A program made the position numbers and the translations under genes. From IMG/VR virus record IMGVR_UViG_3300008117_000025, positions 96,001-160,000 of that record: 64,000 bases of DNA; one strand, given 5' to 3'. A model generated the notes under the pieces. The model made no database searches. It was not told where the DNA came from and saw only the letters and a list, made by a program, of their open reading frames with translations. Positions 63,641-64,000 of this stretch are shown here, one piece after another. Origin of the DNA: a virus. Position 1 is the stretch's first letter. Every line of letters begins with the position of its first letter.

Positions 63641-64000
63641 TTAATAATCTAATTTGATTCTAATTAAAGCTTCTTTTGTAAAGTCTTTTGTTAATGGTCT
63701 ACTTAATTTTGCTACCGCTAATAATTCATTATTATCATTATACATACCTACTGATGTAACATATGTTTGTGGATTATTAATTAAAGTAGTATATAACAAA
63801 TTACCATTATCATCTATAATAGATGGATTTGTAGTATAGTTATATTCACTATTTTTTACACGTGTAAAGAAATAAGTTGAAGATACTGTTTCTTCTGATT
63901 GTAGTTTGAATAAGGAACCACTAACTATAGATTTATATAATACTAAGCCGTTATTAGCAGCAGAAGCTGTTATTTGACTTACATTTACAGAAGAGGTAAG
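63641..64000 (-). CDS. C-terminal part of a paralogous baseplate/tail structural protein (starts outside the window)
   Basis: Manual translation: ...FFTRVKNSEYNYTTNPS...VGMYNDNNELLAVAKLSRPLTKDFTKEALIRIKLDY*. Confidence 0.75.
   Translation of the reverse strand, partial: LTSSVNVSQITASAANNGLVLYKSIVSGSLFKLQSEETVSSTYFFTRVKNSEYNYTTNPSIIDDNGNLLYTTLINNPQTYVTSVGMYNDNNELLAVAKLSRPLTKDFTKEALIRIKLDY

Noticed and set aside
860-63839. All plus-strand ORFs in the track
   Set aside because: They lie antisense to well-supported minus-strand genes and have no recognisable motifs; the longer ones shadow repetitive or biased coding regions.
1-64000. Stop-codon reassignment
   Set aside because: Conserved genes translate full-length in the standard code; the two broken genes are frame changes, not in-frame TAG/TGA.
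1-64000. tRNA/rRNA genes, integrase, transposase or IS ends
   Set aside because: Intergenic gaps are short and none showed a cloverleaf or mobile-element hallmark by eye; tRNAscan-SE and Infernal would confirm.

Overview
A 64 kb, AT-rich segment of a large T4-like (probably jumbo) myophage. Every credible gene is on the minus strand. In transcription order (right to left) it holds: two baseplate/tail-fibre-attachment paralogues; a GIY-YIG nuclease, DnaG primase and PD-(D/E)XK exonuclease; a host-derived TonB-dependent receptor (split by an apparent deletion) plus a lipoprotein; two Pol-beta-type nucleotidyltransferases, one at the N-terminus of a 1358-aa multi-domain protein; about 20 probable head-internal proteins; a pyrimidine-dimer glycosylase, FAD oxidoreductase and nucleotide kinase; the head module (terminase, portal, prohead protease, scaffold, gp23 capsid); a C-terminally truncated PhoH; neck/tail-completion genes; three large fibre genes; and an operon of five 2OG-Fe(II) oxygenases plus glycosyl- and methyltransferases. 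Bacteroidota-type TTTG-N19/20-TAnnTTTR promoters and the receptor/lipoprotein pair suggest a Bacteroidota host (inference). Most notable observations: (1) shared short peptide motifs ending in L/I-x-E on many ORFs, suggesting head-packaged, protease-matured cargo that includes a nucleotidyltransferase/HIGH-transferase/zincin polyprotein; (2) a nested fibre protein with four six-repeat Kelch-like blocks inserted in a seven-repeat delta-60 propeller; (3) a recurring coding-strand WATATTTAT motif that is the reverse complement of the T4 late promoter. All family assignments are by eye from motifs; no searches were run.
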